Positions 1 to 16,115 of a stretch of DNA of 52,717 nucleotides are shown here, piece by piece. The notes below the pieces were generated by a model, which worked only from the letters and a program-made list of their open reading frames with translations, was not told the origin of the DNA and ran no database searches. Both the position numbers and the translations under genes were made by a program. Each line of letters opens with the position of its first letter. Position 1 is the first letter of the stretch. This DNA is from Macrostomum lignano (lineage: Eukaryota): assembly GCA_002269645.1 (NCBI GenBank), contig NIVC01004262.1:1-52717 (forward strand). The letters are read 5' to 3'.

Positions 1-1154
1 TCAGATAGATATTGTTTAATATTATGCACAGTATTCTAGCCAATAATATCAATTTTTGCCTCAAATCTTATATTTATAGTTTATATAACTATATTCCATT
101 TTATATTTACCTCTATCTTACTAACTATAACAAGTTTTTGTTTGAGAATGGATTTCAGAATACATGCAAAAATAGTTCCAAGGGTTAGAATTCCTAGGTT
201 CAAAATCTGTGGGTTTGAACAGCTTCAATAACAGTAGTTTCAGATTATTATTTAAACAGTTATTGTAATATAAACAATAATTTTATAAAACAAAGACAAA
301 TCTCTATGGTAATTTTCTACCAAAACTAATATATTATATAATGGTTATTATCTAAGAGAGGATATTATCTGTTGCGCATGTATGAGTTGGGTTATAAGCT
401 AAGCTAGATTAGTTCAATGATAAAACTACTAAAAAGTTAGGTTTACTATTGTAATAATTTATTTAAAATATTTTTTATTAATTTTTTTATTAGTTTATTT
501 ATTTAGCCTTATTGTTTAAATTGCAAGTATGTTAATTAACTTTGCTAAAAGTTTTGTATTGATTATAAAAATATAACTAAATTCTGAGGTATTTTCTCAA
601 AAAATATCCAAAGCATTTTTGTCCAATTAGTTGATAGTAGTTTCATTAAATTCAAAGGGCAAAAATAATACATTTTAAATTAAGTACATAGGTTATTGTT
701 TTCTCTATTAAGTTAAAATTAATGTTTTTGATTTGTTTATTATTGCTTTGCTAAAATATGTTAAAATGTATTTAAAATTAAATTTAATTATTATTAAAAG
801 AATGTGTTTCTAAGAACCAATATAAATTCAATATACAAAACAACAAATTTTATTTAAAAAATAATCAAATTTATTGTTCTTGAATAGCAGATCACTTAAA
901 CTAATGCATTTAAAGTATTGTTTCAATTTTTCTAATTTAAGAAATGTGCTTCACATTGATCTATTCATTTTATAATTATTTATCTTCCTCTATCCTATCA
1001 GAGACATACTTTACTATGACCCTCTATAGGCTTTGTTGATAATAAGTAAGGTTGCTTTTTGATGATTTTGCATTAATTTAGCAAAGCATCAACCATCTAA
1101 TATGTCTGAAATGTTTATTTCAATTTCATTGTAAAATCATGATAATATTTACTT

Positions 1155-1335
1155 CAGGGGCGGATTGAAGGGGGGGGCCCAAATAGCTTGAAAGAACATA
1201 TTGTGCCCCCCAAAACCTGAGTTTGCACCCCATACGTACGCATTTTTTGTGCCTCGTAGCTTAAAAATTGGTGCCCACTTATACTTGTGTTGGTGCCCCA
1301 AACTTGGACTGCCCCCCTCCAAATTTTATGGATCT
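1155..1335. mobile_element. Degenerate MITE-like fragment of similar type
   Basis: CAGGGGCGGAT start followed by G/C-run-rich body and partial TGGATC end; GC-rich island in very AT-rich DNA. Confidence 0.35.
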
Positions 1336-1925
1336 AATAATCTACCTATATTAAGTTAATACTAATTGTTGGTTAACAAAGATAATAAAAGTCAATAGAC
1401 AAAATCAACATGACCTATAGCTATAACTATAGACCTTAAATTATATTTGCATCATTCTTAATATAGAATATGGCTAGACTGACCTGTTGGTTGCATAGTA
1501 CTTCTAGTACAAATACTACAAAGCCTTTGGGTAATTTCCTTACTGGAGATATTGCCTTTGATATATTTATGGCATTGCATTTATTCGTAGGCTTATCTCA
1601 CTTTGGTAGTGACTGCAATCTGTAATTATAACTTATAGCAGCTATGCTAGTTGTTTTCTATAGTACTATTGTTGGCAATTAAGCATTTGTATATTTTATT
1701 GAAAAATATCTCTCTACCCTTCTTGGCTTCTGCATTTTCCAGTTTTGCTTCTTTGCACTACTTTTTCTTTTCCTTTTCATTCTTTGTTTCTGTGCTTCCT
1801 TGTCTCTTTTGAGTTTTGTAATTTTGTAAACTATCCTTGGTCAGCCATGGTTCTGCCATAGTGTCATAGTCAGCCTTGAACCCATAGTTTCTATTTAGAT
1901 TGGTACTATTTTTAGTGTTATAATT

Positions 1926-4900
1926 ATGCGTGACTTGAATTTTCTGTGCGCTGCACGCGCCAGCAAGCACAAGGTGTCGGCGGCGTCGGTGGCAGCGCCT
2001 GCGCCATCTTCACCAATGTCGCGTTCTACAACAGCCACAACAGCGGACCTCTCTTTGTTGTCCAGCGGCTCGTCGCACATGCTGCGCGGCCTGTCAGCAT
2101 CGGCATCCACTCGCTGCCTGCTCCACCTGAGACTGACCGACGCCGCACTGCGCTCCCTGGTACAGTTGGCCGGCGATGCCAGCGTCAACTTTGTTGAATC
2201 GTCAACAAATGGCGTTGTAGGATTTCTCAGCCTGTCGGACGGTAGTCGGCTCAATTTGATGTCGAATGACCCGTCTGAGGATCATCGGCCAACAGATCTG
2301 GTGCGATTCTCCCATAAATCCCAATCGGCTACTCGGCTGGGCCGATTGCGGCGGAGACTGACGGTGGACGCTGCGGCTCAGCAGTTGTCTATGGCGGCGG
2401 CCTCCTCAGTCACCTCATCGGTGAGTGCTGGATAGCATCATCGGGCATGCCGAGTCCTACTTCCAGAACCTTGCAATGCTCAGCCAGAATCCCCGATCCT
2501 CATGATGCTCAGCCAGAATCCCAGATCCTCATGATGCTCAGCCAGAATCCCAGATCCTCATGATGCTCAGCCAGAATCCCAGATCCTCATGTTGCTCAGC
2601 CAGAATCCCAGATCCTCCTGATGCTCAGCCAGAATCCCAGATCCTCATGATGCTCAGCCAGAATCCCAGATCCTAATGATGCTCAGCCAGAATCCCAGAT
2701 CCTCATGATGCTCAGCCAGAATCCCAGACCCTCATATTGCTCAGCCAGAATCCCAGATCCTCCTGATGCTCAGCCAGAATCCCAGATCCTCATGGTGCTC
2801 AGCCAGAATCCCAGATCCTAATGATGCTCAGGCAGAATCCCAGATCCTCCTGATGCTCAGGCAGAATCCCAGATCCTCCTGATGCTCAGCCAGAATCCCA
2901 GATCCTCATGATTTTCAGCTAGAATCCCAGACCCTCTGCCCTCATGATTTTCAGCTAGAATCCCAGATCCTCATGATGCTCAGCCAGAATCCCAGATCCT
3001 CCTGATGCTCAGCCAGATTCCCAGATCCTCATGATGCTCAGCCAGAATCCCAGATCCTAATGATGCTCAGCCAGAATCCCAGATCCTCCTGATGCTCAGC
3101 CAGAATCCCAGATCCTCCTGATGCTCAGCCAGAATCCCAGATCCTAATGATGCTCAGCCAGAATCCCAGATCCTCATGATGCTCAGCCAGAATCCCCAGA
3201 TCCGCCATCAGGATCCCGTCGATGCTTATCTAGATAGAAAATTCCAAAATTAGATGACCCCGATTCCACAATCTCTCTCAGGCCCACTTGGCGACTGAGC
3301 CGACGCTGCGCGATCGCCTTCTGCACCTGCTGGCTGCCAGGCCGCTGACTCGGCCGGAGCTGCTGGCCCGACTTCGCGCCGACGGCTTCGCCCAGCCCGA
3401 TCCGGTGGCCGTGGCCAGCCTGCTAGCCCAGCTGGCTAAACTGCAGGGCGAAGGTCGCGGATACGGCCTACGACCATGCATGTACCGGGAGGTCCGGCCG
3501 GACAGCTGGCCGGGCTACTCGGACACCGAACGAGTGCTGGTTAAACGCCGAGCTGCAGAGGCCGCAGCCGCCGTCGCTGCTTCTACAACCGCATCTACGG
3601 GCAAAGAGAAATCAGGTTGGTAGCGCTGTGTCTTAATCCAGGATTCGAACCAAGGACTGAAAATGCGTTGTACTGACTTTTGACCTAAGTTTTTAGCCTC
3701 AGTACAGCTTCGGTACAGTTTGTGTCTTCTCTTTTATTCATTGCAGTTGCCGAGTGCTCAAATTTCGACCGGGCATCTTCATCCGGTGTCCGTAGCGGCA
3801 GCGGGGGCAGCAGCGGCAGTAGCAAAGCAAAACTCAATAATGTCAACAATAACAATAATAACAACAGTAAGAATAACAACGGCGAGGAATGCTGCCAAAT
3901 TGATATTGCCAATCTGGCCAACTGCGATCTAGTCGACCTAGCCATGGATATTGACGTCAGCGACGAGGACTTGGACGAAGATGACGACATTGAAGATCCG
4001 TTTAATGAGGACGAGTGCAGCGGCACCGACGTGCCGGACGACTCAACAGCCAGCGTCGACACCGGCGAGACCGGTCGATGGCATCAGAGGCGACGCCAAA
4101 GACGAGGACAATCGGCGAATGCCGCCAGGCTGAAGCCAATTCGCAGTGTAGCTCAGCGGACTGCTTATAAGGTCAGTCAACGACTGAGCTGCCCGATCCC
4201 ACCGTCAGGATCAAGACATCCCGGATCCCCATCATCGGGATCACAACATCCCGAATCCCCATCATCGGGATCACAACATCCCGGATCCCCATCATCGGGA
4301 TCACAGCATCATGGATACCCATCATCGGGATCACAGCATCATGGATACCCATCATCGGGATCACAGCATCCCGGATCCCCATCATTGGGATCACTGCATC
4401 CTGGATACCCATCATCGGGATCACAGCATCCGGATCCCCATCATTGGGATCACAGCATCCCGGATCCCCATCATTGGGATCACAGCATCCCGGATCCCTA
4501 TCATCGATTACAGCATCCCGGATCCCCATCATCGGGATCACAGCATCCCAGATCTCCATTATCAGAATCACAGCGTCCTAGATCCTCTTCATTAGAATCA
4601 CAGCAACCCAGATATTCATCATCAGAATCACAACATCCCAGATCTCCATCATCAGAATCACAGCATCCCAGACCTCCATCATCAGAATCACAGCATCCCA
4701 GACCTCCATCATCAGAATCACAGCATCACAAATTCCCATCATCAGAATCACAGCATCCCAGACCTCCATCATCAGAATCACAGCATCACAAATTCCCATC
4801 ATCAGAATCACAGCATCCCAGACCTCCATCAGAATCGCAGCATCCCAGATATGCATAATCAGAATCACAGCAACCCAGATCTCCATCATCAGAATCACAA

Positions 4901-5256
4901 CATCCCAGACCCCCATCATCAGAATCGCAGCATACCAGATCATGAAAAATCTTGGCCCGCAGTCGCTGTACGACCGTCACTATCCCGAATATCGCCGCCT
5001 GTGGGAGCGAGTTCGTTCAGTCTCGGACGAGGCCGCAGTCCTGGAGACTCGCCTGGCGGGCAGCCGGCCCGGCAGCCTAGCGCACTCTGAGGCCAGCGCA
5101 GCGATTGTCCGCCTGTACCAGCGCTATCGATACGATGCTGGATTCCGCGGCGACACCAGACGATGCGGCCGATTGCAACGACGATTGAAACGATTGCGAC
5201 AGATGATTGAAAATTTCGATGCCGCATCGGGCGAGGAATCTGCACGAGCCGAATGA
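1926..5256 (+). CDS. ELL: RNA polymerase II elongation factor ELL, 4 coding exons, 515 aa
   Basis: Exons 1926-2420, 3282-3615, 3747-4171, 4963-5256, all GT-AG with matching phases (0,1,0); 1548 nt total. Motifs: N-terminal LLHLRLTDAALRSL; central LRDRLLHLLAARPLTRPELLARLRADG and DSWPGYSDTER; C-terminal occludin/ELL-type QRTAYK|SLYDRHYPEYRRL...RCGRLQRRLKRLRQMIENFD. Confidence 0.9.
2476..3202. repeat. 29-bp minisatellite in ELL intron 1 (~25 copies)
   Basis: Unit tgatgctcagccagaatcccagatcctca. Confidence 0.95.
4200..4941. repeat. 30-bp minisatellite in ELL intron 3 (~25 copies, sequence drifts along array)
   Basis: Unit catcatcgggatcacagcatcccggatccc, grading to catcatcagaatcacagcatcccagacctc. 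Confidence 0.95.
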
Positions 5257-5334
5257 CCGTCAGAGTTTGTATATCATATTGTTTATGGCAGCCCATAGTT
5301 TGAGTGTCCCAGTTTGACTGCTGAGCATTTGACT

Positions 5335-5590
5335 GGTTAGGGGTTAAAGGGTTAGGGTTTTGGTTACTTTATGGGTTACAGTTAGGGTTACGGCTACGGT
5401 TTGGTTAGGGTTAAGGCTACGGTTTGGTTAGGGTTAAGGCTACGGTTTGGTTAGGGTTAAGGCTACGGTTTGGTTAGGGTTACGGCTACGGTTTGGTTAG
5501 GGTTACGGCTACGGTTTGGTTAGGGTTACGGCTACGGTTTGGTTAGGGTTACGGCTACGGTTTGGTTAGGGTTACGGCTACGGTTTGGTT
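5335..5590. repeat. Telomere-like 23-bp satellite containing TTAGGG
   Basis: Unit ggctacggtttggttagggtta(a/c), ~9 copies, preceded by degenerate GGTTAG hexamers. Confidence 0.9.
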
Positions 5591-8244
5591 CGTTCGGCAG
5601 TCAAATTTTGACCCATTGTTTACATTGTTTATACACAATCGACAGTTGTCGTTTGTGCTGCTGATTTTGTCGTTCAACTCAGGTTCTCCGCATTCTTTAG
5701 AGATGAAAACAGAATTTCTCAAATAGGTTTCCTGTGTTGCTTTGTTAACTCTCTTCATCTGTCTGGTAGGAAACTGGTTAAACAGTTACCGGTCTGATTT
5801 TTATATATTTATATTGTGTTTAAATTCTATCTCGAAAAAAACAACCGATGCTAATTAAGTCACTGGATGGGCATGGAGTTTTAAAAATAGCATTTGGAAT
5901 GAATTAGACATTTGATATACAGCATAGCTCTATGTCAAATTTTTATTTTAATTGCGGCGTAGCTTCCTACATGTAGTAAAGCAATCAGAGAACATCGAGC
6001 GCTCGATATTCTCCGAAAGCAATTCAAACCAACTGACGCACACCTACTTTCTACATTTCATTGTCAAATGCTATTTTTAGAAGTCCATGGCTAGCCCGTA
6101 AAATTTATTGAAAGCTGAATTAGGGTTTCGACCATAGACTGTCGTTTGGCAATAGGTTAATCTTAGCCACAAAGTGTGTCTATATATTGAGGTAAAGTTA
6201 TATTGAAACGATTTTGTCTATGGTGAAAACTCTGCTCTACTGGCAAAAAAATGCAAAATTACAGAAAATATGCATTGATGTTAAACGAATTTTCTCGCTG
6301 CAAACTTTGATATAAGTACAAGTTTGAATATTCAGGTTAAAAACTTTGCCAACAGTAAAACTCATCATCTCTGTTTGTGTACAAAGCTATTGTTTTTTTC
6401 ACAATTTTTATCGTCTATTTTCTCATTCATCTGTTAAGTAATCAAACTTGCATTACTAACATTATAAACACTTCATTAGCATATTGAAGCCTTCAAAATT
6501 TCATATTTTTGTTTTGTGTATCAAAGAGTTTGAGTTAGGTTTGGTTTATGGCTTAGGTTAGGGTTATGTTTTAGGTTAGAGTTAGGTTCGGCAGTGAGTA
6601 TGTGGCAGTCACAGTAGGTAAAAATGGCAATTTACTAATTATCCTATATATTGCATCAATTTATATTTGCAAGAATATATTTGTCGCATTTAAAATATTA
6701 TAGTGATTTCATAGCCTGCCAATTATTTTGCGCTTATTCATATTACATCATTAAGATATTATTATTATTATTCACTTATTAGTTAATGCAATCAAACCTG
6801 TTAATTAGCCAGAAGCGCTTTGAATTTGTGTGTGTGTGTGTGTGTGTACATACCTAGTTGGCAACTACATAAACGTATTATTTCTTGTTTTTGCACGTTA
6901 CTATAGTCTGCTTGCTTGTTTAAATGCAAAATCTATTTTTTTATCTTCATTGTTCCAACTTAAATTTGCCTTCTTGCTCATCGAACTTCATGAGTTGATC
7001 ATAAAGTGACGGTTTTGTTTATATCTTTTTTTCTATTTTCTACTCGCTAATTGGTTTGTTTATATATTTTTGTATTTTTCTCTGTTTTTTAACGGCAGCA
7101 GTCTTACCTTTGTTAATACTGTTCTGTAGCTGCTACCAGTACTAACTTTAGCCCATTGCTAATTTTTACATGCATATATTTTTGACCGATTGGTGGTTTA
7201 AATGAGTTTTGCATATTAGGCAGACTATTTTTTTCTGCCAACTTTTTGTTTTTGCACTTTTCTCACTGTAGAAAGATGTCAAATGCAAGATAAACTGAGC
7301 AGGTCAACAGGTTTTCTTTGGTCTTTGGTTTCTTAAAAAAATTATTCAATAATTCAGCTTGCTGTGTGCTTCTAAAACTGGGGGTTTGACTCGATTTCAA
7401 TTCAGGCATTGTTATTTGCGCACTTGTATTTTAGCCAGCTTATATCACAGATACTAGAATAACTAGATAAGCCACTCAGCACATTTGCGTTCAAGCTACT
7501 TTCAGTTCACAGGGTAAACAGAAGCATTTTAATGTATTTTTAAAGTCAAGGCTCATTTTTTGGCTCTTACCCCACTCCCCGCCCCAGCTTAAACCCAAGG
7601 ACGACTTGCTTAAACCCTCAAACCACGCTTTACCCCCCCCCCGCCTTGCCCTATTTTTATTGCCTTTCTCGGAATTCCAGCCTAAAGCTGCCATGTACAT
7701 TTCAGTGGACTGGCTAATGTACATTATGGCTGAACCAATTAGCAAGCTTTTTACGCCTGCAAGCTTGTAGGCTTCTAAACTTATCGAAGTCTTTTCACTT
7801 TTCATCGAAGTGTATTCTTCCTGGCTACTGAACTGAAAGTAGAAAGCTGTTTTGCTAAGCATATATGCCCGAGTGGCCTATCTATCTGTGGCTGATATAA
7901 AGTACTGAGATGGCTTAATATACTGCACTGAAACAGCTGCGCGTCTCTATGGTAACCGATGCCTTGCCTACAGTGTATCACATTGAATCCCTTTTCCCTC
8001 CACCACCGATACTAAATGCCTCATTGGACGGTTGCTCGCCTTGAGACTCAGTGCTTGTTTGCTTTAGCCGGATAACTCTAAATAAATGAGTGTAAAAAAT
8101 CATAATTATCTGCAGTTATTAGTAGCCAAGTACAGAATGTTAGGTATCGCTGTGTTCGTTTTCATTGGATTGGAGTTCAATGCATGCAGCTAGGCATAAG
8201 ATTAAATTCTTCCTTTTGTAGGATTCACTGTCACCCTTCTTAGA

Positions 8245-8802
8245 CCCTCAGTTGCTGGGCCAGCTTCTCAAATCCCCAGTTGCTGGGCCATCCACTCAGA
8301 TCCTCAGTTGCTGGGCCAGCTTCTCAGATCATCAGTTGTTAGGCCATCCTCTCAGATCCTCAGTTGTTAGGCCATCCTCTCAGATCCTCAGTTGCTGGGC
8401 CAGCTTCTCAGATCTTCAGTTGCTGGGCCAGCCTCCCAGAGTGTCAGTTGCTGAGCCAGCCTCCCAGATACTCAGTTGCTGGGCAAGCTTCTCAAATCTT
8501 TAGTTGCTGGGCCAGCTTCTCATATCTTCAGTTGCTGGGCTAGCCTCCCAGAGTGTCAGTTGCTAGGCCAGCCTCCCAGAGTGTCAGTTGCTAGGCCAGC
8601 CTCCCAGAGTGTCAGTTGCTAGGCCAGCCTCCCAGAGTGTCAGTTGCTAGGCCAGCCTCCCAGAGTGTCAGTTGCTAGGCCAGCCTCCCAGAGTGTCAGT
8701 TGCTAGGCCAGCCTCCCAGAGTGTCAGTTGCTTCAGATCCCAGCCTCCCAGAGTGTCAGTTGCTTCAGATCCCAGCCTCCCAGATCCTCAGTTGCTGGGC
8801 CA
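8245..8802. repeat. 28-bp minisatellite upstream of KAT5
   Basis: Unit cagatcctcagttgctgggccagcctcc, variant cagagtgtcagttgctaggccagcctcc. Confidence 0.95.
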
Positions 8803-8851
8803 CAGACGCTACCCTATTCTCTATAACCTACCCTATTCTCTATAGCGTTAG

Positions 8852-11374
<2,523 letters not shown>

Positions 11375-11479
11375 AGATGCAACTTAATGGCTTGTCTAAT
11401 TTTATAATATGCTAATTAGCCAGCGTGGATTGTTTCTGAACAAATATATCGCAGCTTGTCCTGCAATCTGGGTTTCTAG

Positions 11480-12350
11480 GTAGACCCAGAGATGTAGGGA
11501 GACAATTAGAGATAGACCCAGAGATGTAGGGAGACGATAGACCCAGAGATGTAGGGAGACAATTAGAGATAGACCCAGAGATGTAGGGAGACGATAGACC
11601 CAGAGATGTAGGGAGACAATTAGAGATAGACCCAGAGATCTAGGGAGACAATTAGAGATAGACCCAGAGATGTAGGGAGACAGTTAGAGATAGACCCAGA
11701 GATCTAGGGAGACAATTAGAGATAGACCCAGAGATCTAGGAAGACAATTAGAGATCGATCGAGAGATGTAGGGAGACAAATAGAGATCGACCGTGAGATG
11801 TAGGGAGACAGTTAGAGATAGACCTAGAGATGTAGGGAGACAATTAGAGATAGACCCAGAGATGTAGGGAGACAATTACAGATCGACCGAGAGATGTAGG
11901 GAGACAATTAGAGATAGACCCAGAGATGTAATGAGACAATTAGAGATAGACCCAGAGATGTAATGAGACAATTAGAGATAGACCCAGAGATGTAGGGAGA
12001 CAGTTAGAGATAGACCCAGAGATGTAGGGAGTCAGTTAGAGATAGACCCAGAGATGTAGGGAGACAATTAGAGATCGACCCAGAGATGTAGGGAGACAAT
12101 TAGAGATAGACCCAGAGATGTAGGGAGACAATTAGAGATCGACCCAGAGATGCAGGAGACAGTTAGAGATAGACCCAGAGATGTAGGGAGACAATTAGAG
12201 ATAGACCCAGAGATGTAGGGAGACAATTAGAGATAGACCCAGAGATGTAGGGAGACAATTAGAGATAGACCAGAGATGTAGGGAGACAATTAGAGATAGA
12301 CGAGATGTAGGGAGACAATTAGAGATAGACCAGAGATGTAGGGAGACAAT
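11480..12350. repeat. 32-bp purine-rich minisatellite 3' of KAT5
   Basis: Unit gacccagagatgtagggagacaattagagata, ~27 copies. Confidence 0.95.
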
Positions 12351-12986
12351 TGATTTTTTTCTTTAATCTCACCTTCCCACTTAGGCTTATCCCGTAGGAG
12401 TTTTGCTAGATCTTGTATCCCAATATTTGTTATTTATTGTCTTTTGTGTTGGAAAAACTTCGACTGTGAGGCGACTCCTTTGTGTTTTTTAGTCTCTAGA
12501 AAGGCATAGCCAACCTATTAATTCTATGCAGATTATAACCCGTTAGGTTATTAGTTCAGCTACCGGGCTCGTAAATATAGAGACTAAGTAATTCCTTGAA
12601 GTCAAAATTTAATTTATATACTACTTTTTCTGTTTTTGGTCTATAAAATTTAGTATCGGTTGGCCAGCTGACTTGTACTTCTACTTAAAGTAGTAAGTAG
12701 CTGTCTTAACGATTTTTATACTGTTGTAAATAAAAGTAGGCTGGTTGTCACCGAGCACTGGCAGTTCCTGTATTATCATGGTTATATTTACTAGTATATT
12801 TATTTATTATATGCACACTTGTTCAGTGTGCTCTTGTGTGTTTGTTAATTTTGACAATAAAATGCAATGACGTTACTGCTACCCTGTATCCAGCTTCTCT
12901 GTATTGCGGCGTTTTTGGTGTCCACTTTTGCTTGCTTTTTTACTATTTTTTGTATATATATTTCTATAATATACTGATTGTCGATA

Positions 12987-13305
12987 GGGATTTCTGATTG
13001 CTAATGGGGATTTCTGATTGCTAATGGGGATTTCTGATTGCTAATGGGGATTTCTGATTGCTAATGGGGATTTCTGGTTGCTAGGTGGGATTCCTGATTG
13101 CTAATGGGGATTTCTGATTGCTAATAGGAAATTCTGATTGCTAATGGGGATTTCTGATAGCTAATGAGGATTTCTGGTTGCTAGGTGGGATTCCTGATTG
13201 CTAATGGGGATTTCTGATTGCTAATGGGGATTTCTGGTTGCTAGGTGGGATTCCTGATTGCTAATGGGGATTTCTGATTGCTAATGGGGATTTTTGATTT
13301 TCGAT
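12987..13305. repeat. 20-bp minisatellite between KAT5 and PRELID3
   Basis: Unit gctaatggggatttctgatt. Confidence 0.95.
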
Positions 13306-13645
13306 GTGGATTTCCGATAATTGCTGATAGGGATTGTAAGATTTTCAATAGGGATTTTTTTATTTCCGATTTTAAAACTTCTGCTTGTTCTGCGTGTGAT
13401 TTCTGGGTGTGAATATTGTGAATATATAAAGAAGACTATAGCTACTAATTTGGCAAAAACTATACTTATTGTAAAAGACCGATTCTAGTGCGTTTTTCGT
13501 ACAAGCAAACTTCATCTCTCTCTTACATGCATGAGCTTCACAGTAAGCTTCAGACCTGTTCTAATATCAACACGCAGTTCTTCTATTTATTGTTCGTCTC
13601 TATATTTAATTTATAAAGCAAAATAGCTGTTACAGAGGCTTCACT

Positions 13646-14362
13646 ATGCGCATCTGGAAAACTGAGCACACATTTGAGCACAGCTGGGAGACTGTAGTGC
13701 AGGCAGCTGTACGCAAATATCCCAATCCGCACAATGCCAGCATTGTCAGTCAGGATGTGGTCACCAGAGAGCTGACCTCGGACGGTCGGCTGCGGACTCA
13801 TCGGCTGTTTGGCACGAATTTCTCCGGCGTAGTGCAGCGCATGCAGTCGCTGGGCTTCGGCCGGCTGGTCAGGATGTTCGCAGATGACGACGCCGAGGTC
13901 TGGTACGGCAGCGAGCACACCGTGGTGGACCCGGCTCGGCGGAACTACCGCCTTCAGGCCAGAAATCTGACACTCAGCGCCAATTTCACCATGGACGAGC
14001 AGCTGGAGTATTTGCCTCATCCGGACAGTCCGGAGAGTCGGACACTGCTCAAACAGTCGGTGACAATCCGCTGTCCTTGGTGGCCAGTCGGCGGCCTGGT
14101 GGAGACCATATTGGAGGAGCTGGTGTATTCCAAGATGGCCAGCAAAGGCCCCATGGCTATTGAATGGGTGATTGCGAATCGCAACTTCAAGCTGCCGCCG
14201 CCCCTGCAGCCGCCAGCGAAGCCTTCGGAGCCGTCGCTGCCAACTCCGGCCATCGATTTCAACCGGCTCTGTCAGGCTATGGAGGCCGGCATGCAGCAGG
14301 TTGGCGCCGAGGTCAAACACCTGACTAAGCTGGTTGTTGATGAGCACTTTTTAATTATGTAA
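13646..14362 (+). CDS. PRELID3: PRELI-domain mitochondrial lipid-transfer protein (slowmo/PRELID3 type), intronless, 238 aa
   Basis: MRIWKTEHTFEHSWETVVQAAVRKYPNPHN start, LTLSANFTMDEQLEYLPHP and SKGPMAIEWVI match the PRELI/MSF1 family, slowmo subtype. AATAAA at 14482-14487. Confidence 0.9.
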   Translation: MRIWKTEHTFEHSWETVVQAAVRKYPNPHNASIVSQDVVTRELTSDGRLRTHRLFGTNFSGVVQRMQSLGFGRLVRMFADDDAEVWYGSEHTVVDPARRNYRLQARNLTLSANFTMDEQLEYLPHPDSPESRTLLKQSVTIRCPWWPVGGLVETILEELVYSKMASKGPMAIEWVIANRNFKLPPPLQPPAKPSEPSLPTPAIDFNRLCQAMEAGMQQVGAEVKHLTKLVVDEHFLIM

Positions 14363-16115
14363 TTCGGGTTTCTTTGGTTTCCTTATGGGTAGATGAGGAT
14401 TCAGTTTAGACGTGTGCGCGTGTGTCTGTGCACTTTCTCTAGAACCGCTAAATTAAAAAATATATATAAAAATTTAATCTAAATAAATCACGTGGTACAT
14501 ATGCTATTAAGCTACTTTCATGTCAGTAGTATTTCATTCTCTATTTCGTTCTCTCTTATCTATACTCGTATCTGTTCAGACTCTCTTAACCGCAAACATC
14601 TTAGGCATTCTCTAGACACACTCATCAATTCTATGACTAACTTAACAACACTACTATAAGTAATATAAAAAAACTGCTTTTTTTACTCTGGCATGTGTCC
14701 ACTGTTTTCCTACGAAGTCGAACATTTTTCTTCATTTAATGTGCAACAATACGAGTACAAATAGAGTTTAGGTGTAGTTGCTATTTATTTTTTTTTTGCT
14801 AACCGTCCAGAGTTGCTTTCTAATAATATTTAACTAATATCTGTCGCCTGTTGCGTTATAGTTATTATATCCAGCAGAACAGCAGATGCGTGAGCGCAGG
14901 TTTTCATTTTCAAGCAACTGTGCCTTTGTTATAATTGTCTGAACTATTAATTTGTTAATATGTAATGGTGAAATCTTGCCTGGGTAGCTTAAATCGTTTA
15001 GTTTTATAATTAATAACTGTTCACTATTTGTTTTCTAGCTATTTTCATGGGAAAGTGCCAGGTCCACAGCTTCTGAAGTGGTTTTTGCTCTTGTTTTAGC
15101 TGTTGACAACAGCTTTGCTTTCTGTTTAGAAATTTAGTCGTTTGTGAATCCTCATTTTGATTACTAAGAAGGCAAGGAAACTAATTGAGTTGCATAGTGA
15201 AATTGTGCTCCGTACGCGAATAAGTTCGCATGCCTTAACTATACTACTACTAAACTACTACTACTACTTTGCCGCGTAGTAGAGCTAATGTAACAATTGT
15301 TTTGCTTTTAACTGTGTTTTCTTCGAGATGAATAGATATCGAATTTGAAGAACTGCCTACCTGCGTCTTAACTCCGCTGTCCACCTCGATGAACTTTGAG
15401 TAAAATAAAAACTGTAATATGCCTTTACAGGCCTCTCTTTCAAAACGAAGAGTTATTATATTCTTAGAAAATGTACTTCACAGTTTCTTGTTCTATTTAA
15501 ACTGAGGTGCTGGTCAATCTAGGCTATTTTAAGACCCTGAATTAAGCTGTGGAACTAGGTAAATGGAACGCAAGCTAAGTTCACAGCTCCTAATGTAATT
15601 AAGCTTCGACCGTCTATGGGTGAAAGCCATCATAGGTGCTAAAAAAACCCAGATAATTCATTCGTGTGTTCCGATTCTGCCACTCAGTTAAACTACTTAT
15701 AGGTTAGTAGTAGCTTATACGGAACATTATGCTTGATTCACTTATTTTCCATTAAAGTAGACAGTAAATTATCTTGTGTTTTAGCATCCGTGGACAAAAG
15801 GTCGTTTTCAGTTTTAGGCGGCCGATTTCAATATAATCTTATTTTTTGTTATATCGCTTTGACCTACCTTTTCAATTTCAGCTAACTGCGTTTGCGCTAA
15901 CATCGAATATTTTAATACTGGTAGAGAACAATATTAGACAATTGGACAGACAGGGAAGGTCGCTGTAGGCCCTGTTGGAATGCCAACAGTTTATTTGTCC
16001 ATAGCAAACTGCTAAGATTGATTTTGAGGCATAGAAATCATAATTTGGGCATTTGAGATTATTTTAACCGTAGTCGTTAATCCTATTTAAAATAATAGAA
16101 ATTAGAAATAGTAAT

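Noticed and set aside
1-1900. AT-rich left end as organellar or horizontally transferred DNA
   Set aside because: No ORF or RNA gene recognised; composition is similar to other spacers in the window.
13583-14347. 254-aa antisense ORF over PRELID3
   Set aside because: Shadow ORF from GC-rich codon usage; the + strand matches a conserved family.
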